From Mizuhopecten yessoensis (Eukaryota), in NCBI RefSeq assembly GCF_002113885.1, contig NW_018404662.1, positions 668,114 through 732,113 on the forward strand: a stretch of 64,000 bases of DNA, in the 5' to 3' direction. Positions 51,426 through 64,000 of this stretch are shown piece by piece; the stretch's first letter is position 1; each line of letters opens with the position of its first letter. Under the pieces are notes generated by a model. That model made no database searches, was not told where the DNA came from, and saw nothing but the letters and a program-made list of their open reading frames with translations. The position numbers were made by a program, and so were the translations under genes.

Positions 51426-53379
51426 CATATTTATGGAAAAGTTATCATAAAAACTACGACAATAAAACAAAGTTCAACGTTCTATTCTAGTTCAATCCTT
51501 ATAACCAGACGGGAAAGTTCAGAGTTGACCAGTCATTTTCAACTCTCCCGGATATCATAATACATCATTTTTCATATCGATGACGATCCGTGGTAGATTG
51601 TAGATGCTTTTTCTTTTCATTATTAAGTATAAGTGTGGCTAATGCAAATTTTAGGAAATGTTTCTTAATGTCTATAAACATACTCATATACAGTCATATT
51701 GATATATAGAAATAATTATACCAAGCATACGAAAAGAGGTTATTGAAATATTTGAAATTAGACTGGTTCTTTCATGAGAAATGATATAAAAATACGTTAG
51801 TGGATTGTTTAGCAGTTAAGTCTGTATCACTTAGAGGGACCATCCTTTAGTAAACCATCCTGGTTTGGCAACGTTGAAGCTGAATATAGAGAATGTAGAT
51901 ATGGCGTCTGTTTTATACACACAACGTGTTGCACCCTGTGTGGGAGAAAGGTATTGACGTATTATGAATATTTAACATTATGTAACAAAAATCATTGTTT
52001 TTTTAAAGCAATGATTCCGTTAAGGATCTAAAAACAGGGAGCTATGGTTCACTAGTAAGACACTCTAACAAGTGAGAAATTTTCTCTAGCAAATTGGAAG
52101 GAAGCGGCTTGTATTTTACGTAGGTGACATACTCTCCCTGCGGGAAAAGTTAACACTCGTCTCGAGTGTTTCCAGGAGTAACTGCGATGATAGTTAGAAC
52201 AAGGCTTTGATTTTTTGTCAATAATCCAAGGACTCAACGTTGGGTACCAAAATGTTATTGAGATCATAGAACTCGTTGCCTCCGCTTGATATCCGTAGCC
52301 GTGTCGGTACAAAGTGGCTATTATTTGTTCATGGTGACATTTGTGTGACTGTTTCGTCGTGATACAACTGTTTTGCATCTCGAAAGCTAACTAATAGTCA
52401 AAACACAAGCATATGCTTTAACGATATAAACATATATAGTAATGTTTTGTTGTTGTCAGTCTAATGGTGATCTCTAGAATACCTCCAATATCTGGGTTGT
52501 AACAACGTATCAGACAAGGCTGGCCACTGTCACACAGACAGCATGGAGGATACGTTGTCGACTATAGCTGCGTATCTCTAGCTAAGAACAGGTATAGTGG
52601 ACACAATCATTGTGGTATCCAGTCCAAGACTGGTTAATGTTGTAATATAACACATATTATTGCATGATAAAAAGGGCCAACACTATCGTAGAATATGTCG
52701 TGATAATTATCATTTTAGTGCATCACCGAATAATCTCTAAGGTGGCCAATATGCAATTTAGCCTCAACTTTTCTTGAGTTCTTCGGGGAACACATGTTTC
52801 GCTACGAATGAATAATTGAAAAATTAGGGACAACACATACATGTTGACTACTATAGTCTACTTATTTTGATATTCCAGATTCCTTATAACGGCGACCACG
52901 AACCACCAGCGGCGGATGCTTGCCCTAATGCAGCGACATCTCCTGGCAGATGGGACGGTTGATATGGTCGAAAATGATCCATCCTTTTCGTCACTGACTA
53001 TCATCGGGTCAAATAGCGAAGAGATGACGGAGGACATGTGTGATGTGTCTGTTCTGGCTAAGGACTTCAGGTCAATGACGTGCAAAGTATGTAACTTTTA
53101 TTGTGTGCTTATTTTCACGAATTGCATAAGAACCCGCGTGTCATATAATGTATGCCTACGTTTCCGAGGTTACCTATTACATTATCGCTGGAATTTATTT
53201 TGGTTCTGGTTACACAAAACACTCATTTTGAAATATAAAAAAATCTGTAACGTTATAAAGGGAATAGGTACTATTCCCCTTTTGCTGTATTTCTATAATA
53301 AAACATTCTATTGACTTCTTGTACCACTGAGGAGTCTAAAATGGACAACATGGACATAAGGTGCAGTAAATGTTGGTTT

Positions 53380-53740
53380 ATTTGGCTTTCCTCGAAGCCC
53401 AATGGACGGAGTCCAATAAGGGAAATATAGGTAAATCTTTAACATCCTAGTCCTTCAGTACAGGTAAAGTGATTTGGTATTTTGGCCTCCTTTGGCAAGG
53501 GTGGCCAATTGTTCTATAATCGAAGAGTGTGGCATCGCTTTGGGTAGAGGCGCGGTGGTCGAACAGGAGAAACGAGGCAATTCCTTTAAAATCCTACTTT
53601 TTGTGTTCAGGTAAAGTGATTTGAACTAAATACTTTAGAGTATCCTTTAGCACTCAACTTGGTTTAAAGAAAGGATATGACCCCCAGGGAGCATAATGGC
53701 TGGGTCCAATAGGGGGGATTGGAATTTAATCGGATCCCCG
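53380..53740. mobile_element. Decayed fragment of the HINE family seen at 26324-27458
   Basis: ccaataagggaaatataggtaaatctttaacatcc and related units match the ~150-bp internal repeat. Confidence 0.5.
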
Positions 53741-54125
53741 TGCTGAAGCCACATACACGTTTGATAGGTATGGAGAAACAGACATACATAGTATATGCTA
53801 CCAGGATTGGCTGTGAGGTCTAGCCTCACCACGATGGATTCAGTCCATGACTCAGATATATCTTTGAAACGGTTGAGATCCCCACCCTATGCTACTTGGA
53901 TTGCCCCGAGGATTGTTCTCATCCGTGGGGACCTGTGCCTTGAGTTATAACCTGAAACAGGTGGGACCCCCACCCCATAACCATATGTACAATTGCTGGC
54001 CATGAAGAAACCATTACACAGACATGCTATCAGGATTAGCTCATCAACCAGTGGCCTGGCCCTGCACCTTGAGACGTATTTGTATTATTGCTCTTAATGA
54101 GCATATCTTGCCATTACTTCATTAA

Positions 54126-55550
54126 AGGGGAATCACGGTGAAGTAACTTTGTTTTTTGTCTTTTTTTCAAATACTACATAAACATATCAAGTGAGACTCC
54201 TTATGGAAAATAACGATCGGATTTGGCTTAAATAGATTCATAAAAATGATTAAATCTAAGAAAATCATTGGTATTTCTACCTGTCTGACCAAAGTTTTGT
54301 TCAGGGATTTCCCTCTACTAGCGCATACGTATAGCACACCATTTCTTTGTAAAAAAATGACTGGCCGTGTGAAATAAGCGAAAGAAAAGTGTTGTACCGT
54401 GTCAGCTACGAAACAAAGTTGCCAAATGGTCAAAAGATAGCGCAAGGAGTACGTTACGGAATCATTATTGCTGGTGGGCAGTATTCAAAGGAGAAAATAA
54501 CTGCCCTAGCAGTTAGTACGGTGCATGTATTCTTCCGGATAGCCGGTTAAGCTGAAATGGAATCGATAGAAATGCTAGCGCTGTTTATGTTATGAATAAA
54601 TATCTAAAACTATTAAGCTCGCTAGTATCTTAGTCTGAGTTTGAACACAGATGAACTTAGTTTAATATGTTAATGGGCATTTATCAAAGAGAGTTTACTT
54701 TGTGTTTCTATGATTATACAGTGGTTTATGCGAAAGGAAGAGATAAGTGACTGGTTAGTTTGATTTTGCCATGAGGCCCTCCAAGGGATAATTGTTGTGA
54801 AGGCCCACGGCGTATTGTCGGGGTCATCAAGATACGTGCGCTATTAAATTTACATAATTTATAATATTACCGGGTTCAGTAAAATAGTATGATTTGATTA
54901 TATAGCTGAATTAAACGATTATTTTTGGTTTTACGTACAAGATTTAAATTAGTACTAATATGAATACCCGGCCTCCTCTGCCCCGGCAATATATAAAAAA
55001 AAAAAAACACCAGAAAGGTTTGTCCCATGGTTGAGGGAAGGTGTTTAGCCCCGTACCATCTGTACAGGTCACAATTGTAAATGTATGACGGGAGAAGGCT
55101 GTGATAAATTGTAAAACTTGTGCTCCATCCCTTGTTCAATTTTATTGGCAACAAATATGTTTAAAGCTAAATAAATTTAAATTCTGAATATTGGCAAGCG
55201 TGCAATTAACTTCTGATGATGAATAATTACTGTTCAATAAGTTTGAATACGGACTCAGAAATCATATTACTTGGTTTCATAGCGCGGTAAGAAGTTGCAG
55301 TTGCCTGACGGCCCCTCTCTGGGGGCCCCTCTGGAAACCGTTTCATCTCGCTCAGACCACTTGTGTTTACTGCCGAGTCAGGTGACTTTATTGGCGCTAT
55401 TTTTAGCAGGGCTTTCCCGAACAATTCAAGTGGTCAAACTGGACATTTGGAACGGACAATGAATATGGGAATAGCGAGGTAACATAAGTGGAAGTGCAAA
55501 CAATATATACATTCACTAAAAAAACATATGGCTCTTCACGTGATGTCCCT
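54126..55550. mobile_element. Possible TTAA-TSD DNA transposon (Kolobok-like) containing a CR1-type 3' tail at ~55080-55165
   Basis: ttaa|AGGGGAATCACG ... CGTGATGTCCCT|ttaa (10/12 inverted match). Confidence 0.45.
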
Positions 55551-56561
55551 TTAACTCTCTGGGCCCATTGTTTAATGTAAAAAGGCAATCGATCATCCGC
55601 TTGAATCTCCGAGAAAATATTTAATTAGCAAATTAACGTGTAGGCCATCAAAATAAAAAGTGTGAAACGATTGGAAAAAATAAGAAAACATGTTCATTTC
55701 ATTTCATATCAGTCATATATGTATAATGATGTCCTAGCAAATAGCATATTACAATAGTTACTTCGAAACTATATCATAAAGTGTAGAATATGAAAGTTTG
55801 CTTTGCACTTATTCATTTGCACTTTTTCAGGTTGTAGATGATGGATTTTCTATTGAAATCCGCGCAATGAGAATGCCAGTGTCCGGAATCGATTCTCTTA
55901 CGCTATATATTCCGACCGACAAGGTATAGTAGCAACTTCTGGATTGAATTTATTTTACATATTGACATTATAAGTTTCAAATCTATTTCAATTCATGGTA
56001 CATAACATTGTATAAAAATTCTTCTGGTTACGATTGAATTGAAATTATTTAAAAAGTTTACAAGAAAAACAAGAATTGCACTTGAAGTAAATATCGAATG
56101 TGTACGTATCTAAGGAGCTGATTTATAATACTAATATTTTTTGTATCGATTGTTGTTAAATATTTTAACATTTGTTATTGGTAGGACAATCGAGAGCATG
56201 CTTAAATGGATTCTCTTTCAGGTTGTGTTCATACATGTAGTTGAAAATTGGCAGCTTGGAATCCAAAATGAATTCTAAGTCTTTGCTTCAATAATCTGCA
56301 TGTTCTAGTTGTGTTAGCAGACAAAACATCCAAATCACTTCATCCTCGTCTGCAAACACTATTGTGGCTTTACAAACCTTCCATAATAAGGTCGGTGTTA
56401 GGTTTCAGTGTTAAATAAGGTATGACCAGAATCCCGCTAATGTTTCGTATGTGCACAAGTACCTGCATGTAGTTGCTTTATTCATTGTCATGGAGCAGAC
56501 GAATCAAGGACAGTCGATGCAATATGGCGTTTCATCTCAAGTAGCTTCCTGAATAATATTA

Positions 56562-57149
56562 GTTATCTCTGGGTTAGGAGGGGTCTACGGGCTCATACGA
56601 CATAGACACCGTCTGGTCTTTATAGACCCCGAGCAAAAGGCAAGGGGTCTATAAAGACCAAAGGGGTCTATGAGCCCGTAGACCCCTCCTAACCAAGATA
56701 TAACGAATTTGTCACCCTGACAATCTGTTATTACATTTTTTCCGGCAAAAATTTAAGTCACTTTGTGAGAATGAGTTGTACTTCTCTGCTACCAAAATAG
56801 CCCCTAGACCTACTGTACCGGACATCTTTTGTCGGAATAGTTGTCGGCAATATTTCGGACAAAACCATCTTTACAATCAGCACCCTAGCGGCCACCTCAT
56901 TGCCTGTTTCGTTGAATTTGCTGTCGTTTTAGATTGCTTGTAAGCGATTTCATCCTGTCAATGATTTGCAAACCTCCAACGCTTGTGTGTGTCGGACGCC
57001 ATCTTTGTTGTTATGAAGAGATATTCTAGCTTGAGTTATCTCCCCTCGCACGTGCTTTTATAGACCCCGGCAGATCGGGGTTTTTATAAATATAGATCCC
57101 GGCAAGTTATCCAATCAGAAAGAGTGTTTCAAATCAGAACGGTGACAAA
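56562..57149. mobile_element. Palindrome-bearing non-autonomous element (Crypton-like architecture)
   Basis: ~143-bp hairpin at 56562-56704, inverted ends tttgtcacc (56708) / ggtgacaaa (57141), and a distal repeat of tttatagacccc next to ccaatcag. Confidence 0.55.
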
Positions 57150-57310
57150 CATTCTTGACCAGTCGTGTAAGTTTATTTTATAATGTTTGTATCAGTACTG
57201 GATTTATGCAGAGTCAGTACAGTATCAGGCCTGTGCATAGATACACAGTATTATATGTACAAACTGTTTGATATACCCGTGGTCACTTTCGTGACGAATA
57301 GTTACAAGAC

Positions 57311-58409
57311 ATGTTACTGAGGAAAGGCATCGGGATATCCACACTCGTTCTCAACAACTTCAGACGGTTGTCATCAGCTAGTTTTTCTTGTTCAGCTTCA
57401 CGACATGCATCATCTCTCAGTGATAGGGAAGTGACTAGGCACGTCCCGTCCAGTACTCGGGTGGTCATCTGTGGAGGGGGCGTTCTCGGAACGTCAGTAG
57501 CCTATCATCTAGCGGAAAGGGGCTGGCACGATGTAGTCCTGCTCGAACAGGGCAGGTATGTATACAGATGTCTTACATGAACAACGTCAAGGCACTCAAA
57601 CATATAAAACTACTTTGTAAATATGGATCTATATTGGTTTGTTTTAATCCTAAGTCAGATTTCAGTTGTAGCGGAAATAATCAATAGAAATGTATACACA
57701 TGATCAGTTCATACAATCTGTTTAACATCTCGCCCAAGCAGTTGTACTACAGCCTATTACTAAACACGCTTGTTGTTGGATAACAACATATGGTAATAAT
57801 ATAATATCAACTTCAATTATATCACAAAAAGTACGGAAAGACTATGACATGGTGGTATTCACCACCTTTGGGTCATGATAAATATCGACCCAAAGGGTAG
57901 GATTATTAAAGTTCTTCTGGCCGAGGTTGCCGAGGGTCAAACATTTCAGAACAATACCCCAAGATTGAGCGTTTTTCTGTCTTATTTCCAAAATGGAAAA
58001 TAGTTATTTTTCTACAACCTCAAATACAAGTGGTGATTGGATGACACACACGCGTTGATCGTATGGTTTTCTGTGCTTTTCTGTTGTTGATATGAATCTG
58101 TGCATTGCTTATGTGACGTCATACAATTGTAATGTTTTGGGAATCAGCTTGTCTTTATTTTAGGGGAGGTAATAACATCTCTTATTGACTAGAAATGCTG
58201 ATTTCTCTGTCTCATGGGACAATTTACTTATCTTGCATTCAAACACTAGACCCGGCACTATACACAGGAAACAGCTCGGTTTAACGGCTTTTCAATCCAC
58301 AGCAACAATATTGAAATATCTGTTATTACATGGTATTGAACTGATATTGTGAGATTTGCGCAGCAAAAACAACCCAAAACAAATACCTAAAACTAAATAT
58401 ACCTAAAAC

Positions 58410-58445
<36 letters not shown>

Positions 58446-61400
58446 TTCAATTAATCAAACAATAAGTATGTATTTTGTGATCAGTCTGACGTGCGGTACG
58501 ACATGGCATTCTGCCGGCCTGATAGGACAGCTGGGGAAAGACGACATAGAGGGGTGTAAACTGATTGGATACGGTCTACAGCTGTATAAGGACTTGGAGA
58601 GGAGCCACGGCATAGGTGAGAATGGGAACCACATGTGGTACAATTCTTTACAACAACTTTTATGAGATTTCAATGTTACTTCGTATTAAATATAGGTGTT
58701 TTTCTTTTGTTAGTCTGAAAGATGTTGGTCATGTAAATTGTTCCTACATATTAGTGTATATTATTTCAAGGTACAATAAAATTTGATAAACGGCTCATTA
58801 TAAAAACAGATTCTGGAATAACGATTTTAGGATCTATAACACGTGTACTCCGAAAATATGTCTATTCTAAAAAGACTCATTAGTCCCGGGTATATACGGT
58901 TAAAAATGTTACGATTTACACTAGATACTAATAACATCTATAATACTTGTATATAACAGGTTGGAAACAGTGTGGAAGTTTACTTCTAGCTCAGACCAAG
59001 GACAGACTCGTCACCGTTGAGAGGAAACATTCACTAGCCAAGTACGACATTCCCTTAGGATATCCATTGTGTAGACCTGATATATTTGATATAATAATGA
59101 CAAGATCTGGAATATATTAATACACCTTTAAGTACGATCCTGTTTTCTACATGTATTAAACATGTTTTGAATTCAAATATATTTGGAAATATGATTTTTA
59201 AACGACAATCCTGTATATTTTTACATGTAATATATGCTATACATTCAAATATAAAAACGACTTTCCTGTTTAGGAATATACTTCAGATAAAAGCTTCATA
59301 CCTCAGGTTCAAGTTTCATATTAAATCACTATTAGTGTTTTGAAAAAACGTCATTTTTGTGAGGTAAAATATGGGACTCGTAAATTAACTGATGGATTAT
59401 ATGAAAGGTAATTCAGGATGGATACATCGGAAACATTCTATGCTTAAACAATAAGAGGTCATGCTTATATTTATCACAGGTATAATGTGTGAAGTATTTC
59501 ACAATACATGTATATCCCTAATGGGTATGGCTTTAACGCAATAATATGGATTTTTGTGAGGTAGCATATATATATGATATATGGGATTTTACCGTCTATT
59601 TTACTTTTTGACCCATATATATATATATATATATTAAACGACAATCCTGTATATTTTTACATGTGATATATGCTATATTACTTCATTGACCCATATATAT
59701 ATATATATCTATAAAGATATTTATGAAACCTGAAGAGCCCTGTGAAGGGTGAAAGCAGCTAGTTTTTTAGTCGGTCGTTCATTTTATTTTTTCTATATAT
59801 ATATAACTCTGATACAAGTCACAGTAATAGTGTACAAAGAATCATTTATCTTTAACCCTATAAAACATCACAGGCTGAATGCTCCAGCAAGCATATACTC
59901 ATAAAACTAATTCAGTGAGTCTTACACTCATCTCTCCAACATAAATCACAGGTAAAATATGTAATGGAGAATTTAGCCACATTTCTATCTGAGGAAAATG
60001 CATATCTGTCTCCCTGACCTTTAAATAAATTCGTTTATGTATGATGAAAATAACCAGACATTATCAATATCTATAAACATAATTTGATTACCTAAGATCA
60101 CTATTAGCTTTTTTGCCCATGTTAACATTTCCCCGTATATTATCATTATAACCGAATCCCAAATGCACTTCACGAATATATAAAATCGTTAAACGTCAAT
60201 ATATGTATTAAATCAACTATTAATAGTGTGCGCTAAAATATTTGTCTAGCATGCCCACACGTGTGCCATAAATTCTACTGTATGTAACCGTTTTAACTTT
60301 GTACAATCCAAAGGGTTATTGGTGTAGAATCTCACCTGGTTACTCCATCGGAAATCAGCGACTTGTGTCCATGGATAAAAACATCAGATCTTCAGGTAAA
60401 TACTGCAAACCAGACAACGAAAATTGGCGATGTGTTCATTTCAGAGTTAAATCGTAAAGAGAGTCGATAATAAATTAAATAATTCGTAAACACTTGCTAT
60501 GGCATTGTTCCGTTTCGTGAATTCAAATGCCCAGGAATGTGTCGTTCAAAAAGCGAATATTTTCATTTACATACCATAAAATTTATTGATTTGACAGGGA
60601 GGTCTTTGGATTCCGGGAGACGGCGTGGTGGCTCCAAACGACCTGGTATACGCATACAACAATGTGGCTAAATCCAAAGGTATGCTGACACATTATTTAC
60701 TGCATATGCATTTATTAAAGTGGTACTGTTATTTACATCGGCCATAACAGTACTCCAAAGTGTGAGAAAGCTAGTACCTCAACCTAGTAGGTCGAACATA
60801 AGCCGTGACTCTGAAGTATGAGAAAGTGTTTAAGTTGACCATAGTGTGGAGTTCTGTAACTACTACACATGTGTTCGTCTATCTATCATGGACTCAAAAG
60901 TATCAGAACGCTAGCACTTCGTCCAAGCGTGTACGTTAACCAAATCATGTTTTTCCAGTACGAGAACGATAGTACGTCGACCGTATCACGGGACTCTGAA
61001 GTATGACTACTCTGATATAAATAGGTTTGTCAAATTATGTAAAGAGCAGTTTGGAGAAGGGGATAATGAACTATTTTTAATATCATATTGCGGAGTGTTA
61101 ATCAACCTAAGATGGTAAGAAAATGAATGAAAACAAACACACAAGAACAAAGACTGAGCCCAAAATCCGATGCAAAACATGCAGAAAATGGAGAGATTTA
61201 AAAACAAATGAAACTATTTGAATGGTAGGGATAAAAAAACAAGAGAATACCGAAAATCAACAAAATTGTACTTCGAACTCAAATCGATAAACACAGGGTG
61301 AAATATGAACAAGAAAAGAGTTTATAAAACAATGCAAAAAAACAAAGAGAGTATGACCAGGTGTTCCGCAAAGGAAAGCGTCAAATCCTATTAATGTCAC

Positions 61401-63803
61401 GTCCCCAAAGCGAGAACCATGTCAGTGACGACAAAAATTCTAGGCACATTAATGAACATAATCAAAACATCGACCTTCAGATAACATAAGGAAGAAGGAT
61501 ATTTCCAAGAGAGATCAAAATGGCCACCATAAAACTTGACAATTGTCTTCATTAGGATTTAAAGCACATTAAGAACTGTCCACGACACCCACAGTCTTAT
61601 CCATTAAATGATGCTTATCAAGAACGATAAAAACAATAAATGAATATTTCATCATGATAGAATCTGAATTCGGTACTTGGAAATCAAGTTATGAACATTC
61701 TCCTCAGTGTAGATTGAGCTTTCATTGTAAAAAAAAACCTTGTGAATATGTATTTTAAGGGGATAGTGACTTATATTAATATTGCTTGTACACAGGGATC
61801 CAGGTGATGGAGGGAGTAAAGGTGGAGGATGTTCTCTCTACGGACGGCAAGGTGACAGGGGTACAGACATCGCACGGTCATATTCAGTGTGAATACTTTG
61901 TTAGCTGCTCTGGGCAGGTAAGTAAATTAGGTGTTCAGCGCAAAAACACGTTTATTAGGATAGGTTTACATGTACCCGGTAGAGTGTGTATTAAGTTAAC
62001 GTTGGAGAATGAATCTTCATAAAAGAAATGATTCCAATCAATTTCTTGATAACTGCAATTGATACTGCTAAGATATAGTAAAACTCATCAAATTGTCTCT
62101 CTAGCACTAAGTATAAAATGGTTTTTTTCAATTTCCAAAAGTATCAAATTGACAATAACACCTTGTTTTGGGTAGATATTCAAACTTGATATGTTTTTAT
62201 CGTCTGATTCGTTAAATGAAACATCTTATCTATGAGATAGCACATTCGTATTCTTATTAAGAATAAATCATCTATAAGATAGTATGCATTATCTATATGA
62301 CACAGTGGGCGCGCCACCTCGGGGCGAGGTCGACTCCTTCGGTCCAGGTGCCTCTCCACTCCAATGAGCATTTCTATATCGTGTCATCAGCTATCCCGAA
62401 CATGGATCCAATGATGCCAGGTACAAAACATAAGGAAAACAAGATACCGTCCGCCTACACAGAAACATATATTTCTTTTGGGATTATGTTAGCGTAAGAT
62501 TGATAAAATCACAATTGCAACAACTTATACTCTTGTAAATATAGTGAGTTGCAATATCGACTACCCCCAAGAGGTACAGGCAGTCCACCTTCTGGCGTGC
62601 TTTGTGCTTTGAAGTCAACCGAGTCAATCATGGCATTACTCGGGATATTGGAGAATATAAAAAAACATCCTAAAAATCTATTCCATAATGATGGGGATTA
62701 GTTAATTTAAAATAAAGTACGCAGAATGATAATAAACTTAATGTATAGTACGGTGAAAGATAATAAGCTTAAATTATAATATTGTGAAAGTTAATCAACT
62801 TAATCTAATGTCTACATAAACGTTATGGTAAGGGTTACCTACAGTAACAATGGGAAGGAATATCTACATTAACAAAATGGAAAGTTTTCTATTCTCACAA
62901 TAACATTATGGATAAGAGTATTTATTGTAACGAAATTGGAAGGAATATTTACAGTAGTAAATGGGGAAAATGACTGTTGTAGTTGTAACACGCACACACA
63001 ACGATCAGTAAACGTACATCGCATGAACACGTAATCGTTAATGATGTCTTTCTATAGATCTGTATAATACTTGACTTCTGTGGTTACACAGTGATAAGGG
63101 ACTATGATGGGTCTATCTACGCTCGAGAGTGGAGTGGGGGTCTACTTGCTGGAGGATTCGAACTTGAAGGAAAACCAACCTTCTCCTTTGGTGTGCCAGA
63201 TAAATTTGAATTCCAGCTCCTTGCCTCAGATTGGGACCACTTTCGTAAGTATAATGAAAAGAAGTGTTTCAAAAACGCTTATTAATCTCATAATATTAGC
63301 ATTCTAAAACGATAGAGGTTGCACACAACATTGCATGGCGAAGATTTGTTAATACCATGTTATTATTAGTATCAACTCCAAGTATGAATTAAAATGTATA
63401 CGTTTTTCCTTCTGGGGCGGACTTTTTAGACATAGATTTAACGTTATTCTGGTCAAAAGGTCACGATGCAATCTAGCTAAACCGATGTTATTTCCTTCTG
63501 TTATTCTTTTTTAGTGTTTCTAAATAATGGTAATTCGGCTAACAACCAGCCTGTCATTGTTAACAGTTGTAGTGTTCTTCCTTCTACAACGCATGGTTTT
63601 GGTTAAGAGGTCCTGACGGACCAAATTTTAAATATTTTTTATTTCATTTTGTGAGAGTCCTTATCTCCCCTTTTTCAGAGGTCATGATGGAACCCATTCT
63701 CAACAGATTCCCAGCTATGGAAACGGCTGAAGTGCGGACACTAGTCAACGGTCCGGAGAGTTTTACACCGGACGGGAACTGGGTTCTAGGAGAATCAGCA
63801 GAG
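57311..63803 (+). CDS. PDPR: PDPR-like mitochondrial flavoprotein (copy B), exons 1-9, continues beyond the window
   Basis: Exons 57311-57555, 58485-58615, 58960-59041, 60314-60395, 60598-60679, 61796-61917, 62306-62420, 63092-63244 and 63679-63803. In frame, with exons 3-9 the same sizes (82/82/82/122/115/153/125) as copy A. Motifs VVICGGGVLGTSVAYHLA, GTTWHSAG, EHFY and NGPESFTPD. Confidence 0.92.
59725..59766 (+). ncRNA. Candidate minimal type I hammerhead ribozyme
   Basis: GAAAC-CUGAAGA-GCCC(UGUGAA)GGGU-GAAA-G(CAG)C-UA-GUUUU: intact core, 5-bp stem I, 4-bp stem II and minimal stem III. Confidence 0.6.
61130..61660 (-). mobile_element. Degenerate Penelope-like 3' fragment
   Basis: Minus-strand LMKTIVKFYGGHFDL remnant followed by the gacgctttcctttgcggaacacctggtc motif. 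Confidence 0.45.
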
Positions 63804-64000
63804 GTCTGCTTCATTTGTTATAGAATGTTCTGTTTTGCGAAAAATTGTTCCTAATTCTTAAATATAAGAATAATATACCGGCATTTTTTTCGGGGCGGAA
63901 GCTTAATTGGTCTCTTTTGTGTAACATAATGGTTAGTATATACATGTATTAAAATGACGAATATGGATGCATCTCCTGCCGACATAATAACTCATAGTAT

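Larger units (their letters stand above)
50758..56390 (+). pseudogene. Third PDPR-like copy, internally deleted and frameshifted
   Basis: Truncated exon 1 at 50758-50908 (MLLRKIIGIS..RHASSLSDGEV). Exon-12 homolog ~51835-51950 (FSKPSWFGNVEAEYREC). Frameshifted exon 13 at 52460-52591 (LEYLQYLGCN..HGGYVVDYSC). Exon 14 at 52879-53086 (open). Exon 15 at 55831-55923 (IRAMRMPVSGIDSLTLYIP). Weak exon 16 remnant at 56222-56390. Splice sites of these downstream exons are retained. Confidence 0.82.

Noticed and set aside
32794-63803. Calling the genes SARDH or DMGDH
   Set aside because: Apart from the WH motif, diagnostic stretches (GW.DV.LLEQG, REWSGG..GGFE, EDWDHF, WGGEPIY) fit PDPR better. A phylogeny is still needed.

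Overview
AT-rich, intron-rich animal genomic DNA. The repeat families point to a pteriomorph bivalve mollusc (inference). Two complete spliced genes, one gene cut by the window end and one pseudogene can be rebuilt from GT-AG sites. (1) MYLIP/IDOL, a FERM-RING E3 ligase, + strand, 6 coding exons, 8262-21217, 436 aa. (2) A complete 17-exon PDPR-like (DMGDH/SARDH/GcvT family) mitochondrial flavoprotein gene on the - strand, 49235-32794, 834 aa (copy A). (3) A second, divergently oriented PDPR-like paralog on the + strand, from 57311 past the window end, with the same intron positions (copy B). (4) Between them a hidden third, pseudogenised + strand copy (50758-~56390) that lacks its central exons. 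Copies A and B keep the GTTWH covalent-FAD histidine that mammalian PDPR lacks, while copy A has lost the folate-site acidic residues. The remainder is transposon-rich: RTEX-, Tx1/L1- and CR1-type LINE remnants, Penelope-like RT remnants, Helitron-associated HINE elements, TTAA/TA/9-bp-TSD MITEs and minisatellites. It also holds two tRNA-in-LTR miniature LTR elements, a LINE flanked by a ~1.3-kb direct duplication, and an intronic minimal hammerhead ribozyme candidate. Most short ORFs in the supplied track are spurious.
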